A stretch of 64,000 bases of DNA from Malacoraja senta. Its lineage: Eukaryota. Made by a program: the position numbers and the translations under genes. Shown here one piece after another: positions 38,679 through 50,986 of this stretch. The stretch lies in contig CM075988.1 of NCBI GenBank assembly GCA_038087875.1, positions 16,742,001-16,806,000 of the forward strand, given 5' to 3'. Every line of letters begins with the position of its first letter. Positions within the stretch are counted from its first letter, which is position 1. The notes under the pieces are model-generated. The model had not been told where the DNA came from, searched no databases, and was given only the letters and a program-made list of their open reading frames with translations.

Positions 38679-40280
38679 CAAAGATTTCTCCCCTTTTGGT
38701 TTCACAGTCTCTGGTATTCCCTTTGTTCTACATATTCCCCCTTCCCCGCTACTGAAAACTAATTTACTTTTTCTCTTTCATAGCTCACGAGGGGTCTCGT
38801 AGCTGAAGCTTTAACTGCTTCTCTTTCTGCTGGTGCAGTCCGACCTGATGACTTTTCCCAGCAAATATTGAAGTAAAGAACAGTTGAAATCTTCTCGCAC
38901 TGTTGTAAAAAAATACCCAAAATACTGGGCTAAATAATCAAGAAATAACACGGTTTCACCTTTCTGAGACTGCTGTAAACAAATGCTCTTCCACAATAGG
39001 AGTCATACAATGAAAATTGCTGCTTTGGTGATATCTAGCCACCTTCCCATGGAGAATGTATATATTTAACTTCAAGCACCCTGCAATGTCCCAGTTTTTA
39101 AATCCACCCCACACAGACTGATGCAGAGAGATTCCATTCACTGTTAGTCATGGGATACAGATGCATCTGCAACCTATTAATCATCTCTTAATGGGAACAC
39201 CTGCAACTTGTTAATGGGCAATTCTCTCTTGCATATTTGTTAATGAATGCAAGCAGCAACTGAATGGAGGGGTCCCACTGATGTCATGAACCGTAGCCAG
39301 CAGTTCTTAGCTTCACCGTGACATCAGGTGTGAACCCACTGGACATTTCCCATCTTGTCAGACTTCACTTCCCAACACACTTGCCCGGGCTTCACTTCTG
39401 CTCTTCAATTGCCAATTGTACATTGAAAGCCAAAATCTGGGCCAACCATGGAGACAAGGTTATTTGGCATTGCTTGGATATACTAGATTTTACAGTGTGA
39501 AGGCCACTGTGGAATATTAAGATGTGTATAACCATTCAATCTCCTGGTGCTCTCTCAGTCAGCATGTGTGTTGGCCATTTCCCTTGGGAAGTTGATGGAG
39601 ATCTCCCATCAGTTACTCTGTGGATATTCATGGAAGCAAGTCTCATGGGAAGAAGGCAGTTGTGTTCACTCTACAGTCCTATCATTGTTGAACTGCATCC
39701 ACACCTCTTTTATAATATTCTCAGCATAGAATGGGCTGAGAGACCTCCTTCCATTCCACGACACATCTGATTATTTTCAACTTAAACCATCTCAATATAT
39801 TAGGTAAATGCAAATTGCACTATTTTTGGAGTGACTTATCATTGGAGAAGAGTGAACATCAGCAAAGCACCCTGACTTGGACAGGTTGCAAATGGAGATC
39901 GGAAGGCTGCCGTTCCTTCAAAGACTGAGGTGAGCAGTAGGGGGCAGTACTGAGCACATAGCCATGTGCATTTACGATCAAAGACACAAAGTGCTGGAGT
40001 AACTCAGTGGAGGAAATCTGTAGAGTGTGTGAAATCTATGAGCGATTAACTCTCGTTGCTGGTGTAGAATACCAGTAAATTAGTGTGGTGTCGGTCCGGT
40101 TCCATGCATGTTGATCCCTTTGATCTGGTCCCAACCTCTGGATTTAGACAGCAATTATACCAGTGAGCTGCATTGCCATGTGTTATCATACTGTTATACA
40201 GTCACAGAGACGTGGAGAGATACAGCAGGGAATCAGGAGCTTCAGTCCACCATGTCTGTCCCGTCAACCATCCCTATATT

Positions 40281-40940
40281 GTTAAAATCTTTTTGTTTGA
40301 ATTTCACAGCAATTTGCATACATACTATGATAACAGACAGTGACAGTCAAGGCATAATTGTGCAACAGTATGTAAGCGACCCTCAAAGCCCTTACCCTTA
40401 CCCACCTTCAACCCACCCATCACTGATAACAGTAAATAAGTAAGTAATTAAATAAATAAGTGTGGGGAGGGGGAGTTAAGGGGAAAGCAGCTGCTGTAGA
40501 GCAAAACAATGGTGGAGAACACTCAGTCCTCTTCCGAGTCCAGGGACAAGTTGAGAGAGTTAACAAGTTCCAAGAAAGGGTTCCATGTATCTAGGAATGT
40601 CTTGGTAGAGCCTTTGAGAGAGAACCTAAGTTTTTCAAGCTTTAAATTGTAAAGCACCTCCTTAATCCAACGGGCGTGTGTCGGGGGACAGGTGAGCCTC
40701 CAGTTAAGCAAGATCAGTCTCCGGGCTAACAAGGTTGTAAAAGCTAGGACCTGTTTCACCACAACAGAGAGGTTGGTGTTGGGAGGGGTACTGAAAATGG
40801 CTGACATTGGGTTTGGAGGAATAGTCTGGCCGTAGGCTCTGCTTATCAAGTCGAAAGCACTCCTCCAGAAGGCTGCTAGCTTGGGGCAAGACCAAAACAT
40901 ATGGCTATGGTTGGCAGGGGATTGATTACATCTGTTGCAG
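40281..40940 (-). mobile_element. 5'-truncated L1-clade LINE with 13-bp TSD, inserted in an old SINE
   Basis: CNRCNQSPANHSHMFWSCPKL zinc knuckle plus ARRLILLNW...LKLEK motif; TSD ccatccctatatt (40268-40280, 40941-40953). Confidence 0.9.
40523..40940 (-). pseudogene. L1 ORF2 C-terminal fragment
   Basis: Open frame HMFWSCP...WNPFL typical of fish L1/Tx1 ORF2. Confidence 0.8.
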
Positions 40941-41173
40941 CCATCCCTATATTAATCCCATGCTCACTCCATTCTATCAACTGCCCCCCCCCCCCCCATA
41001 TTTTACCGCTCATCAGCAAACGAGGACAAATTTGCAATGTCCAACTCAACTATTGATCTGCATATTTTTGGAGTGTGGGATATAACCCGAAGCACCCGGT
41101 GGAAACCCAGGCAGTCACAGGGAGAAGGTGCAAACTTCCCACAGACAGCACCTGAGGTCAGGATTCAACCCTG

Positions 41174-41371
41174 GGGACAACTTACAATTTTACCGAAGCC
41201 AATTTACCTACAAACCTGTACGTCTTTGGAATGTGGGAGGAAACCTGTGACTGCCTGAGCACCCAGAGGAAGCCCACACGGTCACAGGGAGAACGTACAA
41301 ACTCCATACAGTCAGCAAATGTAGTCAGTCTGGGTCTCTGACACTGTAAGGCAGCAACTCTACCGCTGCCC
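41174..41371 (-). mobile_element. V-SINE
   Basis: Reverse-complement head and V domain. Confidence 0.8.
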
Positions 41372-41899
41372 TTGTCAAATGTCAGAAAACAGCACTGGCC
41401 ATAAAACCTAATCCAAACCAGGGCAACATCCTTGCCCCAGCCTCCTGTCACTGAAATACAGAGCAGCTGAGGAGAGGAACTGATTACCACTCAGATCTGA
41501 CCTCAAGGTTTAGATGTGGCTTCTTTCATTTCACATCATTTTCTAAATTTCTTCAATGAATTCCAAGCTCCAGGGTATCCATTATTCTATATATACATCA
41601 AAAAACCCTGCGATTAAATCACTGCCTCTAACTCGCTCATGGGTACTCATTATTTTCCCACTTTGCATATTACAGAGTCAGGACAGCCATGGAGAAAAAA
41701 AATCAATAATAAAATTCTGCCGATGCTGGAGATCTGAAAAGAAAAAATGCTGGAAAACCTCACTTGGTCAGCCAGCATCTGTGGAAGGAGAAACAAATAA
41801 TGTTTCAGAGCCTGGATTCTTTGTCAAAAATGGGAACGAGAGAAAACAAATTATTTTGTTAGATGCAGTGCCTTTTTGTGCATGAAAAGGTAGCATACA

Positions 41900-42340
41900 A
41901 CCTGTGATGAGCGTTTGGCGGCACTGGGCCTGTACTCACTGGAGTTTAGAAGAATGAGGGGGGACCTCATTGAAATATACAGAAGAGTGAAAGGCTTGGA
42001 TAGAGTGGGTGTGGAGAGGATGTTTCCACTAGTGGGAGAGTTTAGGACTAGAGGCCATAGCCTCAGAATTAAAGGATGTTCTTTTAGGAAGAAGATACAA
42101 ATAAATGTCTTTAGTCAGAGGATGGTGAATCTGTGGAATTCTTTGCCACAGAAGGCTGTGGAGGCCAAGTCGGTGGATATTTTTTAGGCAGGGATAGATA
42201 TATTTGTTATTAGTACAGGTGTTAGGGGGAGAAGGCAGGAGAATGGGATTAGGAGGGAGAGATAAATCAGCCATGATTGAATGGGGGAGTATACTTGATG
42301 GGCCGAATGGCCTAATTCCACTCCTATCACTTATGACTTA
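41900..42340 (+). mobile_element. CR1 LINE 3' end
   Basis: LGLYSLEFRRMRGDLIEIY...RTRGHSLRI...VNLWNSLPQKAVEA. Confidence 0.9.
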
Positions 42341-42633
42341 TGGCCTTATGACAACAGTTCATGTGACAATATTAGATGCTATAACTCAATCTAATTTTCA
42401 ACTTATAACTGGTGTCTGTACACCGTACTGGCATGTCCCATCAAAGACAAAAACACTGGTTCGATCTGTAGCATTCACTATTACAATGGAGGAAATCTGG
42501 CAACATCTGGTATACTTTTACACAACTAAACATGGGCATTCACAATTTAGAGTCAGGTACTGTTCCCTGTCTCAGGAAGCATGGTACTATTCCTCACCAA
42601 TAGGCACTGACATTAGTGCAGACCTGTAACCTC

Positions 42634-42906
42634 AAGTTCAAGTTCAAGTTCAAGTGAGTTTATTGTCATGTGTCCCTGATAGGACAATGAAATTCTTGCT
42701 TTGCTTCAGCACAACAGAACATAGAAGGCATTAACTACAAAACAGATCAGTGTGTCCATATATCATTATATAAATATATACACACATGAATAAATAAACT
42801 GATAAAGTGCAAATAACAGATAATGGGCTATTAATGTTCATAGTTTTGTCCGAGCCAAGTTTAATAGCCTGATGGCTGTGGGGAAGTAGCTATTCCTGAA
42901 CCTGGT
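42634..42906 (-). mobile_element. Rex/Babar LINE 3' end, (AAGTTC)n tail family
   Basis: Near-identical to 44468-44636 and to the reverse complement of 59600-59866. Confidence 0.8.
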
Positions 42907-43320
42907 GTTATTCTCTTTCTGGCATCCCATTAAAAATGGCATTTAAAAAAATAGGTCTTGTACATCCACGAATAAGTGCATTTTGATGGTGTGATATCTG
43001 TTAATTACTGTTAGACACCCCCTCTGACCCTGAAAATATTCTGACCCTGACCCTGACTCCTCAAGATATTTTGAAGATTTTTTTTTTTTTTTAACTTTTT
43101 CCTGTCTGTCTCTTTTTAAAACTAATATCTCAGCTACTCCAACCTTTCTGTGTATCTGGAAACCAAATTTATACTTCCTGGGTTTGTCTCTGCAGGACTT
43201 GATTTATCAGTTTGTTAGAGGAAGAATGTCTTGGTCTTTTGTCAACAAAGATGGTCCTGATGCTGAATTAGTAAACCTTCACTGAGAAGCCAAGGAAAAC
43301 ACTGTAAGAAGCTGTTGGTG

Positions 43321-43480
43321 TCATAGAGTCATAGAGTCACAGAGTGATACAGTGTGGAAACAGGCCCTTCGGCCCAACTTGCCCACAACTGGCCAAAATG
43401 TCCCAGATACACTAGTCCCAACTGCCTGCGTTTGGTCCATATCCCTCCAAATCCATGTAGCTGTCCAACTGTTTCTTAGA
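43321..43480 (-). mobile_element. CR1 3' end
   Basis: (TCATAGAG)n tail, aaacaggcccttcggcccaacttgcc; same family as 55021-55281. Confidence 0.75.
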
Positions 43481-43544
43481 TGTTGGAGCGAATGGATCAT
43501 ATGATCAGAGAAAACAGCACAGGAGGCAGCCAAGTGAATTGTTT

Positions 43545-44082
43545 AATTTAGTTTTGGTTATTATCATGTGTACCGAGGTACAGTGAAACGCTTTTGTTGC
43601 ATGTTAACCAGTTAGCAGAAAGACAATACCTGATTACAATCGAGCCCTCCACAGTTGACAGATGCATGCTAAAAGGAATAATGTGAATAACGCTTAGGCA
43701 AGATAAAGTCCAGTACAGTCCGATCAAAGATAGTCCGAGGGTCTCCAATGAGATAGATAGTAGCTCAGAAATGCTCTCTGTTTGTTGGTAGGATGGTTCA
43801 GTTGCCCGATAACAGCTGGGAAGAAACTATCCCTGAATCTGAAGGTTTAAGAAGGAACTGCAGATGCTGGAAAATCGAAGGTAGACAAAAATGCTGGAGA
43901 AACTCAGTGGGTGAGGCAGCATCTATGGAGCGAAGGAAATAGGCAACGTTTTGGGTCTGAAGAAGGGTTTCGATCTGAAACGTTGCCTATTTCCTTCACT
44001 CCATAGATGCTGCCTCACCCACTGAGTTTCTCCAGCATTAATGTCTACCCTGAATCTGAAGGTGTGTGTTTTCACACTTCAT
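43545..44082 (-). mobile_element. Rex/Babar 3' end hosting a PLE insertion
   Basis: Host sequence resumes colinearly after the insertion. Confidence 0.75.
43847..44047. mobile_element. PLE-derived fold-back unit with 16-bp TSD
   Basis: TSD ccctgaatctgaaggt (43831-43846, 44048-44063); about 70-bp inverted arms. Confidence 0.9.
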
Positions 44083-45016
44083 GTGATTGTCATGTCCGAA
44101 TTGGACGTAAAGTCAATTCCTCTTCTCAGCTCATGGTCCACTACTCTGCAAGGCTTGGCTCTTCAAATACATAACAAACATGGTGAGAGTTGCTGCCTTT
44201 CAGGCAGTGATCATCAGACCTCTACCATTCTATAAAAAACATTGTCTTAGTCAGAGATAGAGTCTGCAGGCCCTTCAGCCTGGGGAGTCTGCGTTGCCTT
44301 GGTTCCTGTCTAAATCTTCCAGTAACAGAGCTTGAGTCTATGCCTTCTGGTTACTTATATCTCAGCTAAAGGGTCTAGGTTCTTATCATTTATCCTGTCT
44401 AGACATCCCATTATATTATGCACCTCACTTAAATTTCCCCTCAGCTTTGTTCCAAAGAAAACAGCTGAGTTCAAGTTCAAGTGAGTTCAAGTGAGTTTAT
44501 TGTCATGTGTCATAGGACAATGAAATTCTTGCTTTGCTTCAGCACAACAGAACATAGAAGACATTGACTATAAAACAGATCAGTGTGTCCATATATCATT
44601 ATATAAATATATACACACATGAATAAATAAACTGATATTTTTATATCAGCCAGCCTCTCCCTGTAATTATCCAGCCCGAGAGATATCGCTACAAATCCCT
44701 CTCAAGTACTGTCATGACCTGCAGTGTGGACACCAGAATTATGCACAGGACACCAACGAGACACTTGACTAACGTTTAGTACATTTCTAGCCTGACCCTG
44801 CTGCTCGTAAATTCAATGTCACACTAATAAAGGCATAATTCTGTCATGTCTTCATAAATGCCATATGTTCATGTCCCTGCTACCCTCCAGGATTCCTCTA
44901 CTCCTCTCCACTTCCTCAACTCTGACCATTTATCACGTTTCATTTGCTTTGCTTGCCTTCCCCTAATAAAGCACTTTCTGTGCAAAATCTGAGACCGCCT
45001 TTTCGCACATCAAGTT

Positions 45017-45296
45017 GGTACAGTGGCACAGCGGTAGAGCTCCTGCCTTACATCGCCAGAGGCCTGGATTCGATCCTGACTACGAGTGCTGTCCATACGG
45101 AGTTTGTACATTCTCCCTGTGACCGCGTGGGTTTCCTCCGGGTGCTCTGGTTTCCTCCCACACTCCAAAGGGTTTGTAGGTTGATTGACTTCAGTAAAAT
45201 TATGTAGGATAGGACATTATGGTCGCTAGTCGGCGTGGACTCAGTGGGCCGAAGGGCATGTTTCCTCGCTGTATCTCTAAAGTCTAAAAGCCTAAA
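45017..45296 (+). mobile_element. V-SINE
   Basis: tRNA head, V domain, tail. Confidence 0.85.
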
Positions 45297-46024
45297 CCCA
45301 CACAAGTACACACAGCAAATTTCCTATCATATAGTTCATAAACATAACTATTTATTTCTACACTTCCCTCCCCACCACCAGCCTATTCCACCAACAGATC
45401 ATATTTCTATATTTCTATCTTGCCCACAATTTCATAATAGTCAACACTGGTTGGATTCCATCCATTTCCAGGCCCCGCTGCGTTGACAACTGAATGCAAC
45501 ATATCATGTGTTTTGTTATGATATTTTACAGGAACGGCTCATTATTTCTATTTTATTTGCCAAAAACTGGAGAGGAATAATTGTGAAAAATGCCTAGACG
45601 CGCAGATATTTGCTGCTTGGTTCAAATTTAAATAAACGCAGACAACAGTTTTATAAAAGTAGACTGTCCAGCCAAAAAACCCACAGACGGAATACAATAA
45701 TAATTGTAACATGCCCAGGGAATGCCAATAAAAGGGAAAGATACTACTCCATTCTGCTCTCCAATAATTGGACTGCTTGTTGAAGAGTAATTCCTGGTTT
45801 GTGCCTTGAGAACAGTCTTGCTTCCAACCACATTCTACAAAAATTGTCTTGTTAAGCAGAACATGATTGATTTGAAATGAAAATAGGGAGAGATACGATT
45901 CATCAGCCAGTGGCCCAGCCACAGGCTGGGGCACACAAGCGTAGACAAGTCTAACCTTGTCACCCTGCTCCATCCCACTGTCGTAAAGGCTGCTTGCATC
46001 CAGGTGGGAAACTAATCAGAGCCC

Positions 46025-46370
46025 TTAGTTTAGTTTAGTTTATTGTCACGTGTACTGAGGTGCAGTGAAAAGCTTTTGTTGCGTGCTAACCAGTCAAAGG
46101 GAAAGACAATACATGATTACAATCGAGCCATTTACAGTGTATAGATACATGATAGGGGAATGACGTTTAGTGCAAGGTGAAGCCAGCAAAGTCACCCATG
46201 TAGATAGATAGTAGTTCAGGACTGCTCTCTGGTTGTGATAGGATGACTCATTTGCCTGATAACCATTGGGAAGAAACTGTCCCTGAATCTGGAGGTGTGC
46301 GTTCTCACACTTCTATACCTTTTGCCTGATGGAAGAGGGGAGCACAGGGATTGGCCAGGGTGCGACTCGT
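46025..46370 (-). mobile_element. Rex/Babar LINE 3' end
   Basis: ESHPGQSLCSPLPSGKRYRSVRTHTSRFRDSFFP motif; (TTTAG)n tail. Confidence 0.85.
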
Positions 46371-46803
46371 AAATCTTTCCACAGTTGTTGCCTGGTCTGC
46401 CGAATGCTTTCAGCACTTGGTTTTCATTTCAAGTTTCCAGCATCTATAGTTTCCTTGATATTTATGTATTAGGAAATGGGGCAAAATAATTAATAGATGG
46501 CCTTGCCACCTGTTTGAATGTTGCTAATTAAATGTTCTTCAAATGAGAAGGAAATTTCCTCTGTTCTTCATCTATTGATGGTCATTCCATCGTCTACCTG
46601 TTAATTTTCTTCAGTAACGTACAGAAGGCCGCATAGCTGGCACTGCCACCATTTATTTCCCATTTGTAATTTCCCTTTAGGTAATGCAGTCAGCATCTTC
46701 TGAAATCACTCCTTCTCTGCGGTAGCAGTTCTCCAAAGTTCTGCTTGCTAGTGAAATCCAGGAAGTTAGGCCAAACGGTGGTGAAGGAACAGGTGGCGTT
46801 TAA

Positions 46804-47140
46804 GGGTGGCACGGTGGTGCAGCGGGTAGAGCTGCTGCCTCACAGCGCCAGAGACCCTGGTTTGACCCTGACTGTGGATGTTGTCTATATGGAGTTTCCC
46901 CGTTCTCCCCGTGACCGCGTGCGTTTCCTCCGGGTGCTCCGGTTTCCTCCCACGTCCCATAGACGTGCGGGTTTGTTGGTCAATTGGCCTCTGTGGGAAA
47001 AAAAACAGGCCCTAGTGTGTAGGAAGTGGATGAAAAAGTGGGATAACAAAGCACTAGTGTGAACAGGCGGTCGATGATCGGCGTGGACTCAGTGGGCCAA
47101 TTGGCCTGTTTCCATGCTGTATCCCTCAACTAAAACTAAA
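46804..47140 (+). mobile_element. V-SINE
   Basis: tRNA head, V domain, tail. Confidence 0.85.
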
Positions 47141-47409
47141 GTAAGTCAGGATTAATAACTCACCATGAAGACAGAACCTTCAACAATGCGGAATACATCA
47201 GTGTTTCAATGGAGACTGAGCCTAGATAAGCTTAATCTGACATCCAGCGATCAGAGTGTTTCCATTGAAGAATCACTGGCGTCTTGGGGTATACTGGCTA
47301 AGAAAATATAAAGATAGTTTCTTGATCCATTGCTAACCTTTACCAATAGCAGGGTTTATTCGTCAGGGAGAAGTGGAGGGTGGGAAGGGAGCGGAGGACC
47401 CCAGTGAAG

Positions 47410-47575
47410 GAGTTTTGATATATTCAAGAGATAGTTCGATATAACACTTAGAGCTAACGGAAATCAGAGGATATGGGGAGAAAGCAGGAACAGGGTACTG
47501 ATTCTGGATGATCAGCCATGATCATATGGCTCGAAGGGCCGAATGGCATACTCCTGCACCTATTTTCTATGTTTA
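47410..47575 (+). mobile_element. CR1 3' end
   Basis: ggatatggggagaaagcagg...ggccgaatggcatactcctgcacc. Confidence 0.8.
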
Positions 47576-47712
47576 TAGGTTGGGGACTTGGGTCAGTGTG
47601 GCAGTTTGGGGAATAAGCTGTAGCTCCTACCGTTGATCACCAACAAGGATCTCTAGCGGGCAAATGCGTCATCCAGCCCTACTGCATCTGTTAGTCAATC
47701 TGGGTCAAACAG

Positions 47713-48750
47713 TAGGTATGTTACAAAACTTACCTTCAGTCGCGCTGTAATTCTGCCACTGGCCGTGTGCGCGATTTTGGCGCCTTTAAGGGGGGGCGGG
47801 GTTAAAACGCGGGTTTCTCCTCCCTTGTCCTGGTTAATATTTTGTTGGAGTACAAGCCTTGGCTGACAAATCGTTCCTACCGGCGTTTTGTGAATTTGTT
47901 TTTTTTATTAAATCGTCAATGTCAGCGCTAGAGTAATTTTAAAAGCAGCTCCTGAAGCGTCAACGCCGATAACGGGGACGGATTTCACACACGGGACAGG
48001 TAAACGAAAGTGGTTTCTTTAAATGTATAAAAGTGCTTCTTTAAGAAGCCTTTAATTCACATTTTTTCATGCGACACGGTGATTTTATTCCCCGAATTAA
48101 CGGCTGTATTTTTCATGCCAATACGGGGTTAAATTCATCGCAAATGAACGTTCCAAAAGATCGCGTTCCAGAAATCCTCACTCGCAAGATGAATTAAATC
48201 CCCATTAATTTACAGGTATTAAAAATTCAATTCCTTCCATTTGGCCTGTAAATTCATGAAAATTAGATTTAAAATTTGTTATATTGTGAATTATTGTGTG
48301 AATGTTGTTTGGACACTTAGGCTATTTAAAAATGTTAATCTATTCTTAAGAAATTGATAGATGTTTAGATCTAGTAATTGAATTTTGTAATTAGCTACAA
48401 TTAGGTAACTAACTAATTATATGCTTTACTTTCATGTCTTCGAAGTAAGATTGTTTCATATTTGTTTCAGAATGCTTCAATCTATAATAACTGAAAATTT
48501 CTTTCAGTTATCATAATTTTTAAGAAAGTTATGGACTTTTAACTGTCCTCGATCACAGCTTTTGTGTTGTCAATGGAAAAGCAATAGGGAACTAGATGCT
48601 AATTTCTGAGTATGATAATGGCCATAACTCTTTTAATACTGAAGATATGAAAGTGAATTAAGTGTCAAATTAAACTTCTTTTTATGCTTTATCTGATGGG
48701 ATAAATTGCAGACTTTATTTTTAAAATCTCAAAATTTTGTAACATTGCTA
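47713..48750. mobile_element. Non-autonomous TIR DNA transposon, 1038 bp, 7-bp TSD
   Basis: TIR TAGGTATGTTACAAAA versus TAGCAATGTTACAAAA (14/16); TSD caaacag (47706-47712, 48751-48757). Confidence 0.85.
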
Positions 48751-48954
48751 CAAACAGCCTCCCACTGCATGCCATAGGCCTGGCCCAGGAAATGGAACAG
48801 CTCTAAGTTAGTCCCAAGCACAGCATGTCGCTGTGTGCAACTGCACACGAGCTGATATCGGCAGTTACTTGTTTTTGTTTCTATTTCTTTGAACATTTTT
48901 ATTTTTACTGTAAGAAAAATTGTAGATTTAGGAATAAGAAGGATATTTTATTGA

Positions 48955-49412
48955 CAGACACAAGAAACTGCAGGTGCTGGAATCTTGAACAAACACAGGG
49001 CTTCGTGAACTCAGTGGATTAGGCAGCATCTGTGGAGAAACGATCAGATGATATTTCGGGTTGGGGCCTTTCTTCAGACTCATCATTCCCTCCACAGATG
49101 AAGAGACAAGAAATTGCAGATGCTGGTTAATACATTAAAAAGAGATAGAGTGTGTAGGAAGGAACTGCAGATGCTGGTTTACACAAAGATAGACACGAAA
49201 TGCTGGAGTAACTCAGCGGGACAGGCAGCATCTCTAACGTTTCAGGTCGAGATCCTTCTTCAGACCTTCAGTGATGCTGCCTGTCCTGTTGAGTTACACC
49301 AGCATTTTGTTTCTATCTAAAGGACACAAAGTGCTGGACTAACCCAGCAGGTCAGGCTGCATCTCTGACGAACATGGATTGGTGACGTTCCGGGTCAAGA
49401 CCCTTTTTCAGA
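48955..49412. mobile_element. Cluster of nested PLE-derived short units
   Basis: At least three family copies, one as an inverted pair (49150-49318). Confidence 0.75.
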
Positions 49413-50090
49413 TATACTTGTTGATATCTTTTTCAGATATACTTTAGACATACTCGTATCCAGTTGGCTAACATGAATTCCTTGGACTTCCAGTTGGCGA
49501 TGGGGGTTAGGGAAGGTGGATGTTTCAGACAACCAGTACCCGAGGAGGAGGAGGGACAGGGGACATGTGCTGAAACCTCCGAGACTATCAGTGTCCAAAC
49601 TGTGTGAAAAAATAGTGCTCGCCACTCCGCTCCAGCAGCCATCCACGTGAGAGGGGAGAAAAATATGATAGCTCATGGATTGAAATTCGCTATTTTGAGA
49701 AATAAGAAAGATTCTGAGCAGAATGATAGCAATGCCTATAATTTATGTTGAAATCTATAATCTATAATTAAATGTGTGTAGCTTATTGTTGTTCTCCTCC
49801 AAACCTGATGGGGTCATGGTGTTTTTGGAGGCTTTACTTCTAAACTTCTATTATTATTTTGTTCTTTAGTAGATCCCATTTATTTGCTCTCTGTAAGGAT
49901 GGTATTAACAGGCATGCGCACTCAGCGGGCTTGAGGGAAACAAATAGACCTTCCCAAAAGGTGAAATGGAGCTTCACCTGTTTTAGTACCTGGAAATATA
50001 ACTGGCCTGACAGGTTGATGCAGAGGCTGTTTGCTCTTGTTGGTGAATCTAGACCCAGGGAGACATAGGAACAGTCTGAATACGGGTCCC

Positions 50091-50580
50091 GATTCAGATT
50101 CAGATTCCGATTCAGATTCAACTTTATTGTCATTGTGCAGTGTACAGTACAGAGACAACGAAATGCAGTTAGCATCTCCCTAGAAGAGCGACATAAATAT
50201 GAGCAGTAAATAAATAAATCTAATAAATCCTGGTGGGAGGAGTGTCCGGGGGGGGGGAGGGGGGGGTGTGATTGGCAGTCACCGAGGTACAGTGTTGAGT
50301 AGTGTAACCGCCGCAGGGAAGAAGCTGTTCCTGGACCTGCTGGTCCGGCAACGGAGAGACCTGTAGCGCCTCCCGGATGGTAGGAGGGTAAACAGTCTGT
50401 GGTTGGGGTGAGAGCAGTCCTTGGCGATGCTGAGCGCCCTTCGCAGACAACGCTTGCTTTGGACAGACTCAATGGTGGGGAGTGAGGAACCGGTGATGCG
50501 TTGGGCAATTTTCACCACCCTCTGCAGTGCTTTCCGGTCGGAGACAGAGCAGTTGCCATACCATACTGTGATGCAGTTGG
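50091..50580 (-). mobile_element. Young Rex/Babar LINE 3' fragment inserted into a PLE hammerhead core
   Basis: NCITVWYGNCSVSDRKALQRVVKIAQRITG...LLPSGRRYRSL...NSFFPAAVTLLN; (TGAATC)n tail; host gtctgaatacgggtcccg | gacgtcacc. Confidence 0.9.
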
Positions 50581-50703
50581 GACGTCACCTATCCATGTCC
50601 TCCAGAGACCAGAGATGCTGCCTGAGCCACAGAGTTACTCCAGTACTTTGTATTCTACACTAGGAGGCAGAGTTCCAGAATAAGTGCTCCCCCATTTATA
50701 GTA

Positions 50704-50986
50704 ACACGGTGGCGCAGCGGTAGAGTTGCTGCCTTCCAGCGCCAGAGACCCGGGTTCATTTCTGACTACGGGTGCTGTCTGTACAATTTCCTTATGACCA
50801 TGTGGATTTTCTCTGGGTGCTCCGGTTTCCTCTCACATTCCAAAAAGACACGCAGGTTTGTAGGTTAATTTGCTTCTGTAAAATTGTCCCCAGTGTGTCG
50901 GATAAAAATAGTGCACTGGTGATCGCTGGTCGGTGTGGACTCGGTGGTCAAAGGACCTCTTTCCACACTGTATCTCTAAACTAAAC
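50704..50986 (+). mobile_element. V-SINE
   Basis: tRNA head, V domain, tail. Confidence 0.85.

Noticed and set aside
43847..44047. Long hairpins as microRNA genes or MITEs
   Set aside because: Arms are PLE 3' sequence with long variable TSDs; no known miRNA recognised
45548..45973. 141-aa minus-strand ORF in unique sequence
   Set aside because: No recognisable homology or convincing exon boundaries
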